DNA from: Myxococcota bacterium
GTDB lineage: Bacteria; Myxococcota_A; Polyangia; Polyangiales; Houyiibacteriaceae
DNA length: 64,000 nt
Direction of reading: 5' to 3'
NCBI GenBank assembly: GCA_039030515.1
Contig: JBCCEA010000002.1
Coordinates: forward strand, 32,001 to 96,000
This document shows positions 1-9,912 of the stretch, piece by piece; within the stretch, counting starts at the first letter, position 1, and the number at the start of each line of letters is the position of its first letter. A program made the position numbers and the translations under genes. The notes beneath the pieces were generated by a model that was not told the DNA's origin, searched no databases, and saw only the letters and a list, made by a program, of their open reading frames with translations.

Positions 1-2
1 AA

Positions 3-1136
3 GACGACACCTTTGCAGCCGCCGCGCGCGAGGAGCTAGCCAAGCTCCAGGCCGGAGACTCGGACAATCTTGCACTCTGGAAGCGATTCGTCGCGACCAC
101 CCGCGAGGTGCTCGAGGAGATGTACGCACGACTCGATGTGGAGTTCGATATTTGGCTTGGCGAAAGCACCTACAACTCCATGCTAGGCGACGTTGTCGCA
201 CTCCTGATCGACCGCGGACTCGCCCGAGAGGACGACGGGGCCGTCGGGATTTTTTGGAACGAAGTTGACGCGCCAAAATCTCTCCGAAATCAAAAAGAGC
301 CCTTTCTCGTTCGCAAAAGGGATGGAGCGTATCTTTACGCCACCAGCGACATCGCAACCGCGCTTCATCGCCAAGATCAGCTTCAAGCGGAGGAATCGAT
401 TTACGTCGTCGACAGTCGTCAGACGCTGCATTTTCGCCAGCTCTTCGCGGTGGCCGAGCTGCTCGGAGTTCGCACGAAGATGGAGCATGTCTCTTTCGGG
501 ACCGTCCTCGATGAACACGGACAGCCACTTCGCACCCGAGACGGTCAAACCGTCACTCTAGGCTCGGTCCTCGACGAGGCGGAACGCCGTGCGGAAGAAC
601 GTATTCGGGCAGGAGTTGCGGAAGGCAAGATTCAACTTGAACCTGAAGCGATCGTCGAAACCGCCCGTACGATCGGGATAGGGGCGGTAAAGTACGCTGA
701 TCTTCGTCAAAATCGAACGAGCGACTATCGCTTCGACTGGGACAAACTGATTTCCTTTAGCGGAGATGCGGGTCCTTACGTGCAGTATGCCTACGCCCGT
801 ACGCGATCGATTCTACAGAAGGGCAATCGAACGGAAGAAGAAGCGAGTGAGGGCACGATCGACCTGGCCCACGAGGCAGAACTCGCTCTTGGTCGAATTC
901 TCCTCATCTTCGGGGATACCGTGCACAAAGCGGCGGAAACCCGGCAGCCGCATTTGCTGTGTCAACATGCATATGAACTTGCGACTCAGATCAGTCGGTT
1001 CCTGACCCAGTGCCGCGTGCTCCAACCAGGCCATACTGAATCAGAGCGCGCGAGGTTTGCGCTGCTCTCGCTTGCCGGACGTCAACTTCGATGCGCCCTC
1101 AACCTTCTCGGTATCCACGTCGTCGAGCGGATGTAG
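3..1136 (+). CDS. argS: Arginyl-tRNA synthetase (5'-truncated by window edge)
   Basis: Frame open from position 3 (DDTFAAAAREELAKLQAGD...). Motifs FDIWLGES, KRDGAYLYATSDIA, YVVDSRQ.LHF, GIGAVKYADL, DYRFDWD, PYVQYAYAR and C-terminal LGIHVVERM. Confidence 0.97.
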   Translation, partial: DDTFAAAAREELAKLQAGDSDNLALWKRFVATTREVLEEMYARLDVEFDIWLGESTYNSMLGDVVALLIDRGLAREDDGAVGIFWNEVDAPKSLRNQKEPFLVRKRDGAYLYATSDIATALHRQDQLQAEESIYVVDSRQTLHFRQLFAVAELLGVRTKMEHVSFGTVLDEHGQPLRTRDGQTVTLGSVLDEAERRAEERIRAGVAEGKIQLEPEAIVETARTIGIGAVKYADLRQNRTSDYRFDWDKLISFSGDAGPYVQYAYARTRSILQKGNRTEEEASEGTIDLAHEAELALGRILLIFGDTVHKAAETRQPHLLCQHAYELATQISRFLTQCRVLQPGHTESERARFALLSLAGRQLRCALNLLGIHVVERM

Positions 1137-1259
1137 GTCGAGCTCGCCAGGCGAGACGCTCGCGGGAAAGACTCCGGTGCGCGTGCAAGGGGCTCCATAG
1201 GACCTTCGGGCAGAGGAGAATCCCGCCACCGAGATAGGTTTGTGCTAAGCCCGAGCGGC

Positions 1260-2312
1260 ATGCGGGGCCGAATCGATCGACTCACCTTGGAAAGTGAGTG
1301 CCTGAAAGGCAACGCGCTCGGAGACCCGAGTGCGCGAGAGGTGCTCGTGTATTCGCCCGCGGAGCCTGCGGGTTCCCTGCCGACCATCGTCATGTTGCCG
1401 GGCTACGGGAGCACCCATCAAAGCGTGTTGAACTTTCGTCCCTTCGAGCCCAACGCGATCGAGCGATGGGATGCCCAAATTCAGGCCGGCACCGCGAAGC
1501 CCGCCCGAATCGTGCTCCCCGATGCGTACAACAAATATGGCGGTAGCCAGTACCTCGATTCTGCCGCTACGGGGGCATACCAGAGCTACTTGGTCGATGA
1601 GGTCCTCCCCTTTGTAGAGTCCAAGTACCCCTGCCGGGCAGAGCCTGCCGGACGAGGCGTCATCGGGAGCTCATCGGGAGGGTTCGGTGCACTGCGGCTG
1701 GCGATCGACCGTCCGGGAATCTTTGGCGCGGTGGGAAGCCACGCGGGAGATGCGCACTTCGAGGTCTCGATGCGCCCCATACTCACCTCGGCAGCGATCG
1801 CCATCGATCGGGCGGGTGGGCTCGCCCCGTTCATCGAACGAGTCCTTCAAAAAGGACCTAAAACGGCTCAAGACTTCGACGGGATCTTCGTTGTCGCGGC
1901 AAGCGCCGCATACGCACCCACGCTCCAACGAACGGACACAAAAAGCCGCGTCGCCGGCAACCTGGCCGAGGAACATGACGTACCGAATTTTGAACTTCCG
2001 ATGGATCCCGAAACCGGCGCACTCCGTGCCGAAGGGTGGGCACGATGGCTGGAGCATGATCCGGTAGTAAAACTGGATCGCATTCTCCAGGGCGACGCCC
2101 CGCAAGGTCTCGGAAACACACTAAAGCTCGTCTATCTCGACGCCGGAGATCACGACGAGCACGGACTCAACTTTGCAGCGAGGATGCTTGAAGAACGCTT
2201 TACGAATTTGGGGATCCCTGTGGAGCGGAGCGAGTTTGACGGCGGACATCGGCATACATCTTGGCGCTACGCGATTTCGCTTCCCCGACTCGCAGAGGCC
2301 CTCTCCACATGA
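1260..2312 (+). CDS. Putative esterase (alpha/beta hydrolase, Fes/antigen 85-like)
   Basis: GSSSGG nucleophile elbow, YLDAGDHDE, FDGGH catalytic His. ATG 1260 preferred over GTG 1242. Confidence 0.85.
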   Translation: MRGRIDRLTLESECLKGNALGDPSAREVLVYSPAEPAGSLPTIVMLPGYGSTHQSVLNFRPFEPNAIERWDAQIQAGTAKPARIVLPDAYNKYGGSQYLDSAATGAYQSYLVDEVLPFVESKYPCRAEPAGRGVIGSSSGGFGALRLAIDRPGIFGAVGSHAGDAHFEVSMRPILTSAAIAIDRAGGLAPFIERVLQKGPKTAQDFDGIFVVAASAAYAPTLQRTDTKSRVAGNLAEEHDVPNFELPMDPETGALRAEGWARWLEHDPVVKLDRILQGDAPQGLGNTLKLVYLDAGDHDEHGLNFAARMLEERFTNLGIPVERSEFDGGHRHTSWRYAISLPRLAEALST

Positions 2313-2473
2313 CCGCTCGAGATATGGAAATGACAACTGGAGCGCACCAAAGACGATAACGGCGGCGTGGACGGAAGAAACAGGGCGCGCAGACTCCCGG
2401 TTTCATTCTTGGGTTCGGTGAACTCATCGCGTACCATGACGCGCAAACCCGGTGGACCACCACGGGAGGAATC

Positions 2474-3205
2474 ATGACCGGCACGTCCGGAAGTAACGGC
2501 AACGCGGACCTCACGGAAGAACACGATGACGACTCCTGTGAGGACAACATCGAAGAGACCTCGCAAGGGGAGGAACCCGGAAAAACGGCCAAGAAACCGA
2601 GCTCTAGTGGAGCAGCTCAGGTCGCAGCGGAAATTCTGGCTGGAGAACACCCCGCCACCGGCATAGCTGAGCAGAATGCGTTGATGATGGGGGAATCGCG
2701 CTCAGCGTCCACCAAAGCGGCTCGAGTGCTGGCAGAGATCGCCACCCTTCGAACCGATCTGGTTGTTCCGCTGATACCTGACTTCGCCAAGGGCATTACC
2801 TCCGCCAACAAGCGGGTGGTGCAAACGGCGGCCGATGCCCTTCCTCAGCTCGCGCGAATTCAGCCGGCAAGGGTGGCGCGGCAACTGCCGCTTCTCAAAG
2901 GCAGCTACGCCGAGACGTCAGAGACCGGAAAAGACGGTATCGTACGGACGTTTGCGGCACTCTGTACGGCTTCGGTAGCGTATCAGAAGAAGCTGGAGCC
3001 TGTGTTGACGACCGCACTCGAGGAAGCCGACGGCAAAACACTGCTGCGCTGGACGAAAATAGTTTTGCCGGCTCTCAAGGGCGAACCGCATGCAAACGCG
3101 CGCGCGGTGGTCGAGCGGCGCATGTATCAAATCCCTAGAGCGACCGCTCAAAAGATCGCCGAGTTTTTGGGCGTCAAGCTTCGACACAGCTATCGCGGAG
3201 TGTAG
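2474..3205 (+). CDS. Hypothetical protein, acidic N-terminus plus HEAT/ARM-like helical repeats
   Basis: GGAGGA RBS before the ATG; amphipathic helical pattern (KRVVQTAADALPQLA). Confidence 0.65.
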   Translation: MTGTSGSNGNADLTEEHDDDSCEDNIEETSQGEEPGKTAKKPSSSGAAQVAAEILAGEHPATGIAEQNALMMGESRSASTKAARVLAEIATLRTDLVVPLIPDFAKGITSANKRVVQTAADALPQLARIQPARVARQLPLLKGSYAETSETGKDGIVRTFAALCTASVAYQKKLEPVLTTALEEADGKTLLRWTKIVLPALKGEPHANARAVVERRMYQIPRATAQKIAEFLGVKLRHSYRGV

Positions 3206-3209
3206 AAAC

Positions 3210-4253
3210 GTGAGACGGCCGTTTTATCTCGGGTACTCATTTCTTCTCGCGGGTCTGTGCGCAGGCTGCATCTCAGAAGCCGCGCCGCCTCCAGAAATTC
3301 CCGCGCCACCAACTTCTGAGGCCCCTCCGATGGAAGCCTCAACGGTCGAGTGGCCTGAGCAACTAACCGCAGGGCCAGGTTCTGGACCCGCGCTCTTTCT
3401 ATCGGAAGCTCCAAGCGCTCCCGCCATCGGCTACGTATCTCCCGGAGTCCCTATCCGGGTGATGGGCCCATCCGTGGGCGAGCGCATTCCGGTGAGAATC
3501 TTAGGAGCGATGAAGGCTCGCGGCTGGCTCAAGCTGACCCGAGTAGGAGGGCGGGTGCAGCAGAGAGGTCGCATCGCCGGAACACCTTGCTACGTAGGCC
3601 CCGGCGATTTGGTTCGTATTCTTGAGCCAGAGGGCGACAACTTGCGCGTTGAAGTGCGGCCGGTGCTCCGCTCCGAACCGAGCTCCGTGCTGGGTCCCTT
3701 TGTAGGAATCTATCCGCAGGGTCGCATCGCAGGGACTCCCGTCGCTACAGAGGCAGAACCTCCGACGCCGGGCGCGACCTTCCGGCTGCCTGCCGGTGAG
3801 ACCGTGCGCGTCTACGATCGCCCTGACGGGAACGTGGTGGCCACGCTGCCGGCCCTCGAGCCGCCGCTGATCGTCTCTGTGCTGCGGGATCGAGGCGTGT
3901 GGAAGGGGGTGCGCGCAGGCCTTGGACCCTACGTGGTCGGCTACGTGCAGGCCGCGCTTACTGAGGAAGACGGCGGAACGGAAACGAAAGCAGCCACCTC
4001 ACAAGCGAACTCCTCTGGCGTTCCCCTGAGGTTGCTCGAAGACTCGGACAAACCACTGCGCCGACTGCCCACGGGAACCCGAGTCAAGTTCAGCGATCGT
4101 ACGATGGGTATTCTGCAAACAGAGGGTTGGGCTCGAGAGCTTCACCGCTACACGGACACCGGCGAGGCCGACGTGTTTGTGGCGGCGGACGATGACGTAG
4201 CGATGCGAGGCATGGTGCCGATCGAGGTAATTCGACCGGCGGCAGAACCCTAG
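3210..4253 (+). CDS. Hypothetical lipoprotein with repeated SH3b-like beta modules
   Basis: GTG 3210 gives a signal peptide with lipobox LCAGC, then a Pro-rich linker. GRIAGTP occurs twice; VYDRPDGNVVATL-type segments. Confidence 0.6.
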   Translation: MRRPFYLGYSFLLAGLCAGCISEAAPPPEIPAPPTSEAPPMEASTVEWPEQLTAGPGSGPALFLSEAPSAPAIGYVSPGVPIRVMGPSVGERIPVRILGAMKARGWLKLTRVGGRVQQRGRIAGTPCYVGPGDLVRILEPEGDNLRVEVRPVLRSEPSSVLGPFVGIYPQGRIAGTPVATEAEPPTPGATFRLPAGETVRVYDRPDGNVVATLPALEPPLIVSVLRDRGVWKGVRAGLGPYVVGYVQAALTEEDGGTETKAATSQANSSGVPLRLLEDSDKPLRRLPTGTRVKFSDRTMGILQTEGWARELHRYTDTGEADVFVAADDDVAMRGMVPIEVIRPAAEP

Positions 4254-4319
4254 GCTCTCTGAGTTTTGAAGGCCGCTGCGTTCATGATGACGACAGACTC
4301 AGGAGATAGAGAACATCCT

Positions 4320-5015
4320 ATGACGAGCAGTTCGAGGCCAAGCATCCGTCCCGCAACCTACCCCCGTACACCTGCGGCTGTGAGAGCGCATCCGCTCAGC
4401 CTGTGTGCGCTTGCCGCCTTCGCGATCTTATCGGGGTGTACGCGTTCCGCTTCGACCGCGATTCGCCACCCGATGCAGGTGGGTCAAATCGAGCCGCATC
4501 AGGTCATCAACCCCCATCCATCCGAGGAGCAGAGCTACCTGCTCCCGGCAGGCACACTCAACAACTCTGCTCAGCTTGTCCAGCTGGACGACCAAAACGT
4601 CTGCATCGACCTTCGGCTTCAGCGCATCGACGATGGAAACGGGCAAATGTGGACTCCACTGGAAAACTGGGACATCGAGCTCGAAACCGCCGAGGGGCAA
4701 CGAATCCGGCAGGGAGTCGCTCAGTCCATGCAACCGGCATCACAGCAGTTTCAGGGACGCACACCGCAGCGCGTAGTTGTTGGCGAGCAAGAAGAGTGTG
4801 TTCGTCAAAACAAGAGCGGCCGGTGTACGCGCTGGGAGCGACGTCCGATCACCGAAGTCCGCTGGCTGCCCGGGATCGTCACCGTCACCAGCGGCGGAGG
4901 CAACATCTGCTTCACGCACGGCGGTGCGGTTTCGCTAAAGACCACCGGTATCAAGCTCAAGCTGGAGCGACCCGCGATTCGGCTGTTTTTCGAGTGGCTG
5001 TTTACCGCCGTCTGA
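4320..5015 (+). CDS. Hypothetical lipoprotein
   Basis: Hydrophobic segment ending in LSGC; beta-rich body with a Cys pair (EECVRQNKSGRC). Start uncertain (4266/4284/4320). Confidence 0.6.
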   Translation: MTSSSRPSIRPATYPRTPAAVRAHPLSLCALAAFAILSGCTRSASTAIRHPMQVGQIEPHQVINPHPSEEQSYLLPAGTLNNSAQLVQLDDQNVCIDLRLQRIDDGNGQMWTPLENWDIELETAEGQRIRQGVAQSMQPASQQFQGRTPQRVVVGEQEECVRQNKSGRCTRWERRPITEVRWLPGIVTVTSGGGNICFTHGGAVSLKTTGIKLKLERPAIRLFFEWLFTAV

Positions 5016-5027
5016 ACCTCTAGTACG

Positions 5028-5069
5028 GCGCAGGTCCTGGGTTCATCGCGCAGGCCTGGGTTCATCGCG
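5028..5069. repeat. Tandem duplication, ~20 bp x2 (GCGCAGG(T)CCTGGGTTCATC), spanning the gpmI stop codon
   Basis: Copies at 5028-5047 and 5048-5066; the gpmI stop (5062-5064) lies in one copy. Confidence 0.85.
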
Positions 5070-6714
5070 TGACGAGCAGCGACGCCTCGTATTCGTCTGG
5101 AGGCTGCAGACCGAGCAGGTGAAAGGTCGTGGCCGCCACCGAGGAGAGCCCGGCTTCAGACGCCCGCATCCTCAAGGCGGCCGCTCCCGGAGGCAGAAAA
5201 ATATGGCAGGGCACTCGATTTCGCGTGTGGCTCGTTTTGGGCTTCGCCGCTCCGGCAGCTGTGGTTCGAAAATCGCCGGACGCATCGAGCTCGAACATCT
5301 CGTCTGCATTGCCGTGGTCGGCGGTCACGAGAAGGGCACCACCAAGCCGGTGCACGACCTTGGCCAACCGCCTCAAGCATAGATCGACCGTCTCCACCGC
5401 GAGTATCGCCGCGTCTCGATCCCCGGTATGCCCCACCATGTCGCCATTTGGGTAGTTCAATCGCAGATGGCGGTATCTGCCGCTTTCTAGAGCAGCGATG
5501 CATCGATCGGTGATCTCCGCCGCCTGCATCCAGGGCCGCACCTCGAAATCGGAGTTGTCGCCGGGCACCTCTACGTAGGTTTCATAGGACGCGTCGAACC
5601 GTCCGCTTCGGTTGCCGTTCCAAAAAAAGGTCACGTGTCCGTATTTCTGGGTTTCGCTGATGGCAAAGAGAGGAATCTGGTTGTGGACCATGAATTCGCC
5701 GGTCGTTCGATCGATCGACGGGGGCAGCACGAGGTATCGTTTGGGAATGAGCAGATCGCCATCATACTGCATCATTCCTGCATAAAGAATATCCCTGCGA
5801 GGCCCGCGCGCGAAGGCATCAAGCGAATCCTCCTCAAAAGCTCGACTGATCTGGATCGCGCGATCGCCTCGAAAATTAAAGCAGACCACCGAAGCGCCGT
5901 CCCGTATCGGACCTACGGGTTCGCCCTCCGCCTCGATCACGAACGCGGGCAGATGCTGGTCGGAGATGCCGGGTTGCTCTGCACGGTACGTTTCAATAGC
6001 TTCCCTCGCCGTGCTGAACCGACGTCCCTCACCCTCCACGTGCACCCGGTAGCCACGCTCCACCATGGCCCAGTCCGCCTCGTAGCGGTCCATCGTGATC
6101 GTCATGCGACCTCCGCCGGATGCGATCCGGTAGTCGCGACCGGCGATCCGATAGGAGTGCAGCAGCTTCTCCAAGGCGTCCACGTAGCTGAGCGCACTGG
6201 TTTCGGAGACGTCTCGACCGTCCAGCAAGATGTGCACGCGCACTCGGGCGACCGCCTCGCGATCGGCTTGACGGATCAATGCAAAAAGATGATCGATGTG
6301 GCTGTGGACGTTGCCGTCAGAAAGCAGCCCTAAGAAATGAAGCGGTTCACCGCTCTGCCGGACGCGATGAAGCAGCTCGTTCCACACCGGGCCGCGGAAG
6401 AGCTCGCCGGTTCGAATTGCGGCGTTGATCCGCTTCGCTCCCTGGTCGAACACCCTCCCCGCTCCAAGGGCGTTGTGCCCTACCTCGCTATTGCCGACGT
6501 CGGCTTCGGAAGGCAGACCCACCGCTGTGCCGTGCGCGACGAGCGAGCAGCTCAGCGCATGGTTCTTGAACCAGTCGAGCTGTGGGGTATGGGCCAACCA
6601 CACCGCGTTTCCCTCGTCTTTCCGCCCCTGCCCGACGCCGTCCATCACCACCACCACCACCGGTCCAGGTACTCCGTTGAATTCGCGGTGCGGACGTAAC
6701 TCGAAAGACTCCAT
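5062..6714 (-). CDS. gpmI: 2,3-bisphosphoglycerate-independent phosphoglycerate mutase
   Basis: VMDGVG, GNSEVGH, SDGNVHSH, LDGRD, NFRGDRA, SETQKYGHVTFF, DMVGHTG, TADHGNAD. Confidence 0.96.
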   Translation of the reverse strand: MESFELRPHREFNGVPGPVVVVVMDGVGQGRKDEGNAVWLAHTPQLDWFKNHALSCSLVAHGTAVGLPSEADVGNSEVGHNALGAGRVFDQGAKRINAAIRTGELFRGPVWNELLHRVRQSGEPLHFLGLLSDGNVHSHIDHLFALIRQADREAVARVRVHILLDGRDVSETSALSYVDALEKLLHSYRIAGRDYRIASGGGRMTITMDRYEADWAMVERGYRVHVEGEGRRFSTAREAIETYRAEQPGISDQHLPAFVIEAEGEPVGPIRDGASVVCFNFRGDRAIQISRAFEEDSLDAFARGPRRDILYAGMMQYDGDLLIPKRYLVLPPSIDRTTGEFMVHNQIPLFAISETQKYGHVTFFWNGNRSGRFDASYETYVEVPGDNSDFEVRPWMQAAEITDRCIAALESGRYRHLRLNYPNGDMVGHTGDRDAAILAVETVDLCLRRLAKVVHRLGGALLVTADHGNADEMFELDASGDFRTTAAGAAKPKTSHTRNRVPCHIFLPPGAAALRMRASEAGLSSVAATTFHLLGLQPPDEYEASLLVTR

Positions 6715-6820
6715 CGGGCCGGTTTAGGGAACCTCGAGCGCACTCGCAAGCGGCAGCACGGCCGTGAATTTGAAGCCTTTTCGATTCGCCGCATCGGCTC
6801 TGGGGGACTACGTAGCGGAT

Positions 6821-8881
6821 ATGGCCGCGCCAGAATCACGAGTCTTTGGTGGACGAATCCTCTATTTGGCTAGCGATCCTCGTCTCTTGGAGGCGCAGCT
6901 CGATGGCGAAACACTGGCGGAACCTCCCGAGCTCCTGAGCGCGATCAGCACCGACGAGATCGCTCCGGGCTGGGTCTGCTTCCACTATGACGAAGTGCTC
7001 GGACGACACACGATGCGAGGACTGCGCGGCTCACGGATAGGCGAAGGCGCGATCCAGGACGGGGGCTTCGAGGTACTCGTTGCGGGCGAAAGCATGGGCT
7101 GCGGTTCCTCTCGAGAGCAGGCACCATTCAGTCAACTCGCAGCGGGCATCCGGCTGGTGATCGCCCACAGCTTCGAAAAGATTTACCGGCAGAACTGCCA
7201 GAATATCGGATTGCTCACCTCGACCGACTTTGGGCTACTGCCTCGAATTGCTCGCGGAGAGGCGATCTGCCTGGATGAATTCACCTGCGGGCTCGACCCG
7301 ATCAGCTGCGCGATCGTCCGAGCGGGAGGACTGTTCGCCTACAACAAGCAGCGGATGTCTTTCGGCCAACCGGCGCCTTTGCATGTGGACACCAACGAAT
7401 CCGCGGCAGCACCATCCGGTAACGCAGCACCACCCGATAACGCAGCTCTACCCGGTAACGCAGCAGCCAGCTCGGCTGAATCCGGCAGGGCGGAGTTCCA
7501 AGCGACTGGCGGCAAGACGCGTCCGATGACCCTGGTCGAAAAGATCATTGCATCACATGCGGTGGTCGATCCGGTCCGGGGAGTGGTCGGCATGGCGTCG
7601 GTCGCTCCGGGCGACGCACTCTTCGTCAAGACCGATGTGCGCTTCTCCCACGAGTACGTCACGCCGATGGCCGCAGCGCTTTTTGAAGACGCACTCGGCA
7701 AAGAAGCTCGGGTGAGAGATCCAGAGAGCGTCTACTTGTTTAGCGACCATCTCACCCACCTGCACGAATCGATATCCCCCGAAAAAAAGGCGCTCGGTCT
7801 GCTCGATCAGGCGCGAGGACTCGCTCGAATCCAAACCGAATTCTCCAAAAAGAACGGATTGAGACTGTACGGAGAGCTGGACGAAGGCGGGGCGGAAGCG
7901 ATCTGCCACAACGCGATCGTCGAAGACCTTGCCCTCCCCGGTCAGCTTGTCACCGGCACCGACAGCCATAGCTGCATGGCCGGGGTGCTCGGCGCTTTTG
8001 CGTTCGGCATCGGTTCGACCGACATGGCCAACGCTTGGTTCACCGGCGATGTGCGTCTCACCGTGCCCGAAACGCTGCGCTTCGAGCTCCGGGGCCGGCT
8101 GCGCGAAGGGGTCGCCGCCAAAGACGTGATGCTCTACATCCTCAGCAAGCCTTTCTTTCGCACCAGCCAAGGCATCGGCAAAGTCTTAGAATTTGGAGGC
8201 ACTGGTCTTCAGAGCCTGAGCATCGACGAGCGGGCGACCCTCACCAATATGGCGGTAGAGGCAGGAGGTTTTACCGGCATCATCGAAGCCGATGCGCGCG
8301 TCTTCGACTACCTGCGGTCGCGTCGCAGCAAGCCCGTGCCCGAGCGCCCACTCAAAAGCGACCCCGACGCGGAATACCTCGACTCGTTTTCGATCGACCT
8401 CGAGGCGATTTCTCCCATGGTGGCCACCCCGGGAGACCCTCGCAACGGGGTCCCGCTCGCGTCTCTCGATCCGGTGCCCATCGAGATCGCCTACGGCGGC
8501 TCCTGCACCGGAGGCAAGATGGCGGATATGGACATGTATGCCGCCGTCTTCCGTGCGGCGCTAGCTCAGGGCAAGGCGATTCCAAAGCAGGTGCAGTGTT
8601 TCATCCAATACGGCTCGCAAGCGATTCGGCACTACGCCGTGAAGGCCGGTCATGAAGCGGTATTTCTCGAGGTGGGCGCAAGGGTGATTCAACCTTCTTG
8701 CGGCGCCTGCATCAACGCCGGACCCGGAGCTTCCAAAAACCCGAATCAACGAACCGTAAGCGCGCAAAACCGGAACTTTCCCGGCAGAAGCGGACCGGGG
8801 CAGGTCTACCTCGCCAGCCCCTACACGGTGGCCGCCAGCGCCATCGCCGGTCACCTCACGCCTGCAACGGTGACGCGCTGA
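6821..8881 (+). CDS. Aconitase-family hydro-lyase: N-terminal LeuD-like swivel domain fused to a LeuC-like large subunit
   Basis: N-terminal ISTDEIAP, GCGSSREQAP, SFEKIYRQNCQN. C-terminal MTLVEKI, GTDSHSC, GSCTGG, CGAC, NRNFPGRSG, YLASP. Confidence 0.88.
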   Translation: MAAPESRVFGGRILYLASDPRLLEAQLDGETLAEPPELLSAISTDEIAPGWVCFHYDEVLGRHTMRGLRGSRIGEGAIQDGGFEVLVAGESMGCGSSREQAPFSQLAAGIRLVIAHSFEKIYRQNCQNIGLLTSTDFGLLPRIARGEAICLDEFTCGLDPISCAIVRAGGLFAYNKQRMSFGQPAPLHVDTNESAAAPSGNAAPPDNAALPGNAAASSAESGRAEFQATGGKTRPMTLVEKIIASHAVVDPVRGVVGMASVAPGDALFVKTDVRFSHEYVTPMAAALFEDALGKEARVRDPESVYLFSDHLTHLHESISPEKKALGLLDQARGLARIQTEFSKKNGLRLYGELDEGGAEAICHNAIVEDLALPGQLVTGTDSHSCMAGVLGAFAFGIGSTDMANAWFTGDVRLTVPETLRFELRGRLREGVAAKDVMLYILSKPFFRTSQGIGKVLEFGGTGLQSLSIDERATLTNMAVEAGGFTGIIEADARVFDYLRSRRSKPVPERPLKSDPDAEYLDSFSIDLEAISPMVATPGDPRNGVPLASLDPVPIEIAYGGSCTGGKMADMDMYAAVFRAALAQGKAIPKQVQCFIQYGSQAIRHYAVKAGHEAVFLEVGARVIQPSCGACINAGPGASKNPNQRTVSAQNRNFPGRSGPGQVYLASPYTVAASAIAGHLTPATVTR
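7406..7465 (+). repeat. In-frame 18-bp tandem repeat x3.3 in the inter-domain linker (AAPSGN/AAPPDN/AALPGN)
   Basis: GCAGCACCATCCGGTAAC / GCAGCACCACCCGATAAC / GCAGCTCTACCCGGTAAC. Confidence 0.9.
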
Positions 8882-8930
8882 TCAGACACTGCAAAACGCG
8901 GCTACGCGAGGGCTATGGCTTGCTGCCGTA

Positions 8931-9785
8931 CTAGTTTGCGAAGGAGACTCGTCTTGTTCTCGGCTTCCGACCCGGGTTAGCGCCGGGCCACGTTATCGGA
9001 ATCAAAAGCGGGAGCGAGTTAGTCGGATAAATCAGATAAAGAGGAGCCATTGGGGGCTGAGGATGACTAAGGACAAAGAGGAACTCGGTATCGGGCGTGA
9101 TTTCAAAGTTGGTGGGATCTCGGAGTACCTCTTGGACAGCACGCCAATCGAGATCTCGGGATTCGAGAAGTTTTATAAGACGTTCAGTGGCCTTTGAAGT
9201 GGGAGCAGCCATTCTCAACACGACGCCGTTAACGCGGAGCGATTGCTGACCGCGCAGATGAAATTCTGTGTCGGAGAGAACCTCGCCGTCACTAAACTTA
9301 GGCGTGGATGACGGTGTCTGCACTCCCGTGAACCGATGACGAATAGACGAGGTAATTTCTAGCAAAAATGGCGACAACTGGCGCATCACCTGCTCGCGTC
9401 GAGTCGCTGGCCAAAAGCGATCCAGCACCAAGCGAAATAACGCCAAGCACACAAGAGGACTCTGGAATTCAGCTAACCGGTCCTCACGGATGCGAACAAA
9501 CTCGCTTGCTCTCGATGGGTCAGCATCTGTTTGAGGGGACGTGCATTCTTTTGAATAACGATTCGGGAGGGCTTCAAGCGATTGACGCAGAGCTCTTACA
9601 AGAGTCATGCCTTGACTAGCAAACAGTTGTCCCATCAAAATATGCTGCGACTGGTTTTCCAACCCTTGCAAGTAAGCGCTGTTGATTCCGAGATACTTCA
9701 AGGCCGTTAGAAAGGCGCCACGTCGAATCGCGTCTTTCGAGGCGGTTATCATCGGCGCGCGGGGTGGTGGTGGTGGGCCGTGCAA
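8931..9785 (-). CDS. Orphan hypothetical protein (visibly lower GC)
   Basis: 284-aa ORF filling the gap; GGAGAG upstream of the TTG start; no recognised family. Confidence 0.55.
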   Translation of the reverse strand: MHGPPPPPRAPMITASKDAIRRGAFLTALKYLGINSAYLQGLENQSQHILMGQLFASQGMTLVRALRQSLEALPNRYSKECTSPQTDADPSRASEFVRIREDRLAEFQSPLVCLALFRLVLDRFWPATRREQVMRQLSPFLLEITSSIRHRFTGVQTPSSTPKFSDGEVLSDTEFHLRGQQSLRVNGVVLRMAAPTSKATERLIKLLESRDLDWRAVQEVLRDPTNFEITPDTEFLFVLSHPQPPMAPLYLIYPTNSLPLLIPITWPGANPGRKPRTRRVSFAN

Positions 9786-9912
9786 GATCTCTCCTGACTC
9801 CGGGTGGGCCCTATATCGTCAATGACAGGGGCTTTTGTCGTATCTAGCACGGCGCGGGGATTAAACACGACGATCGCCGAAAAAGAGTTCAACCAAGAGC
9901 TGTAACCAGCAT

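Noticed and set aside
1122..1150. GTCGAGC echo across the argS stop
   Set aside because: Only 7 bp match; expected by chance.
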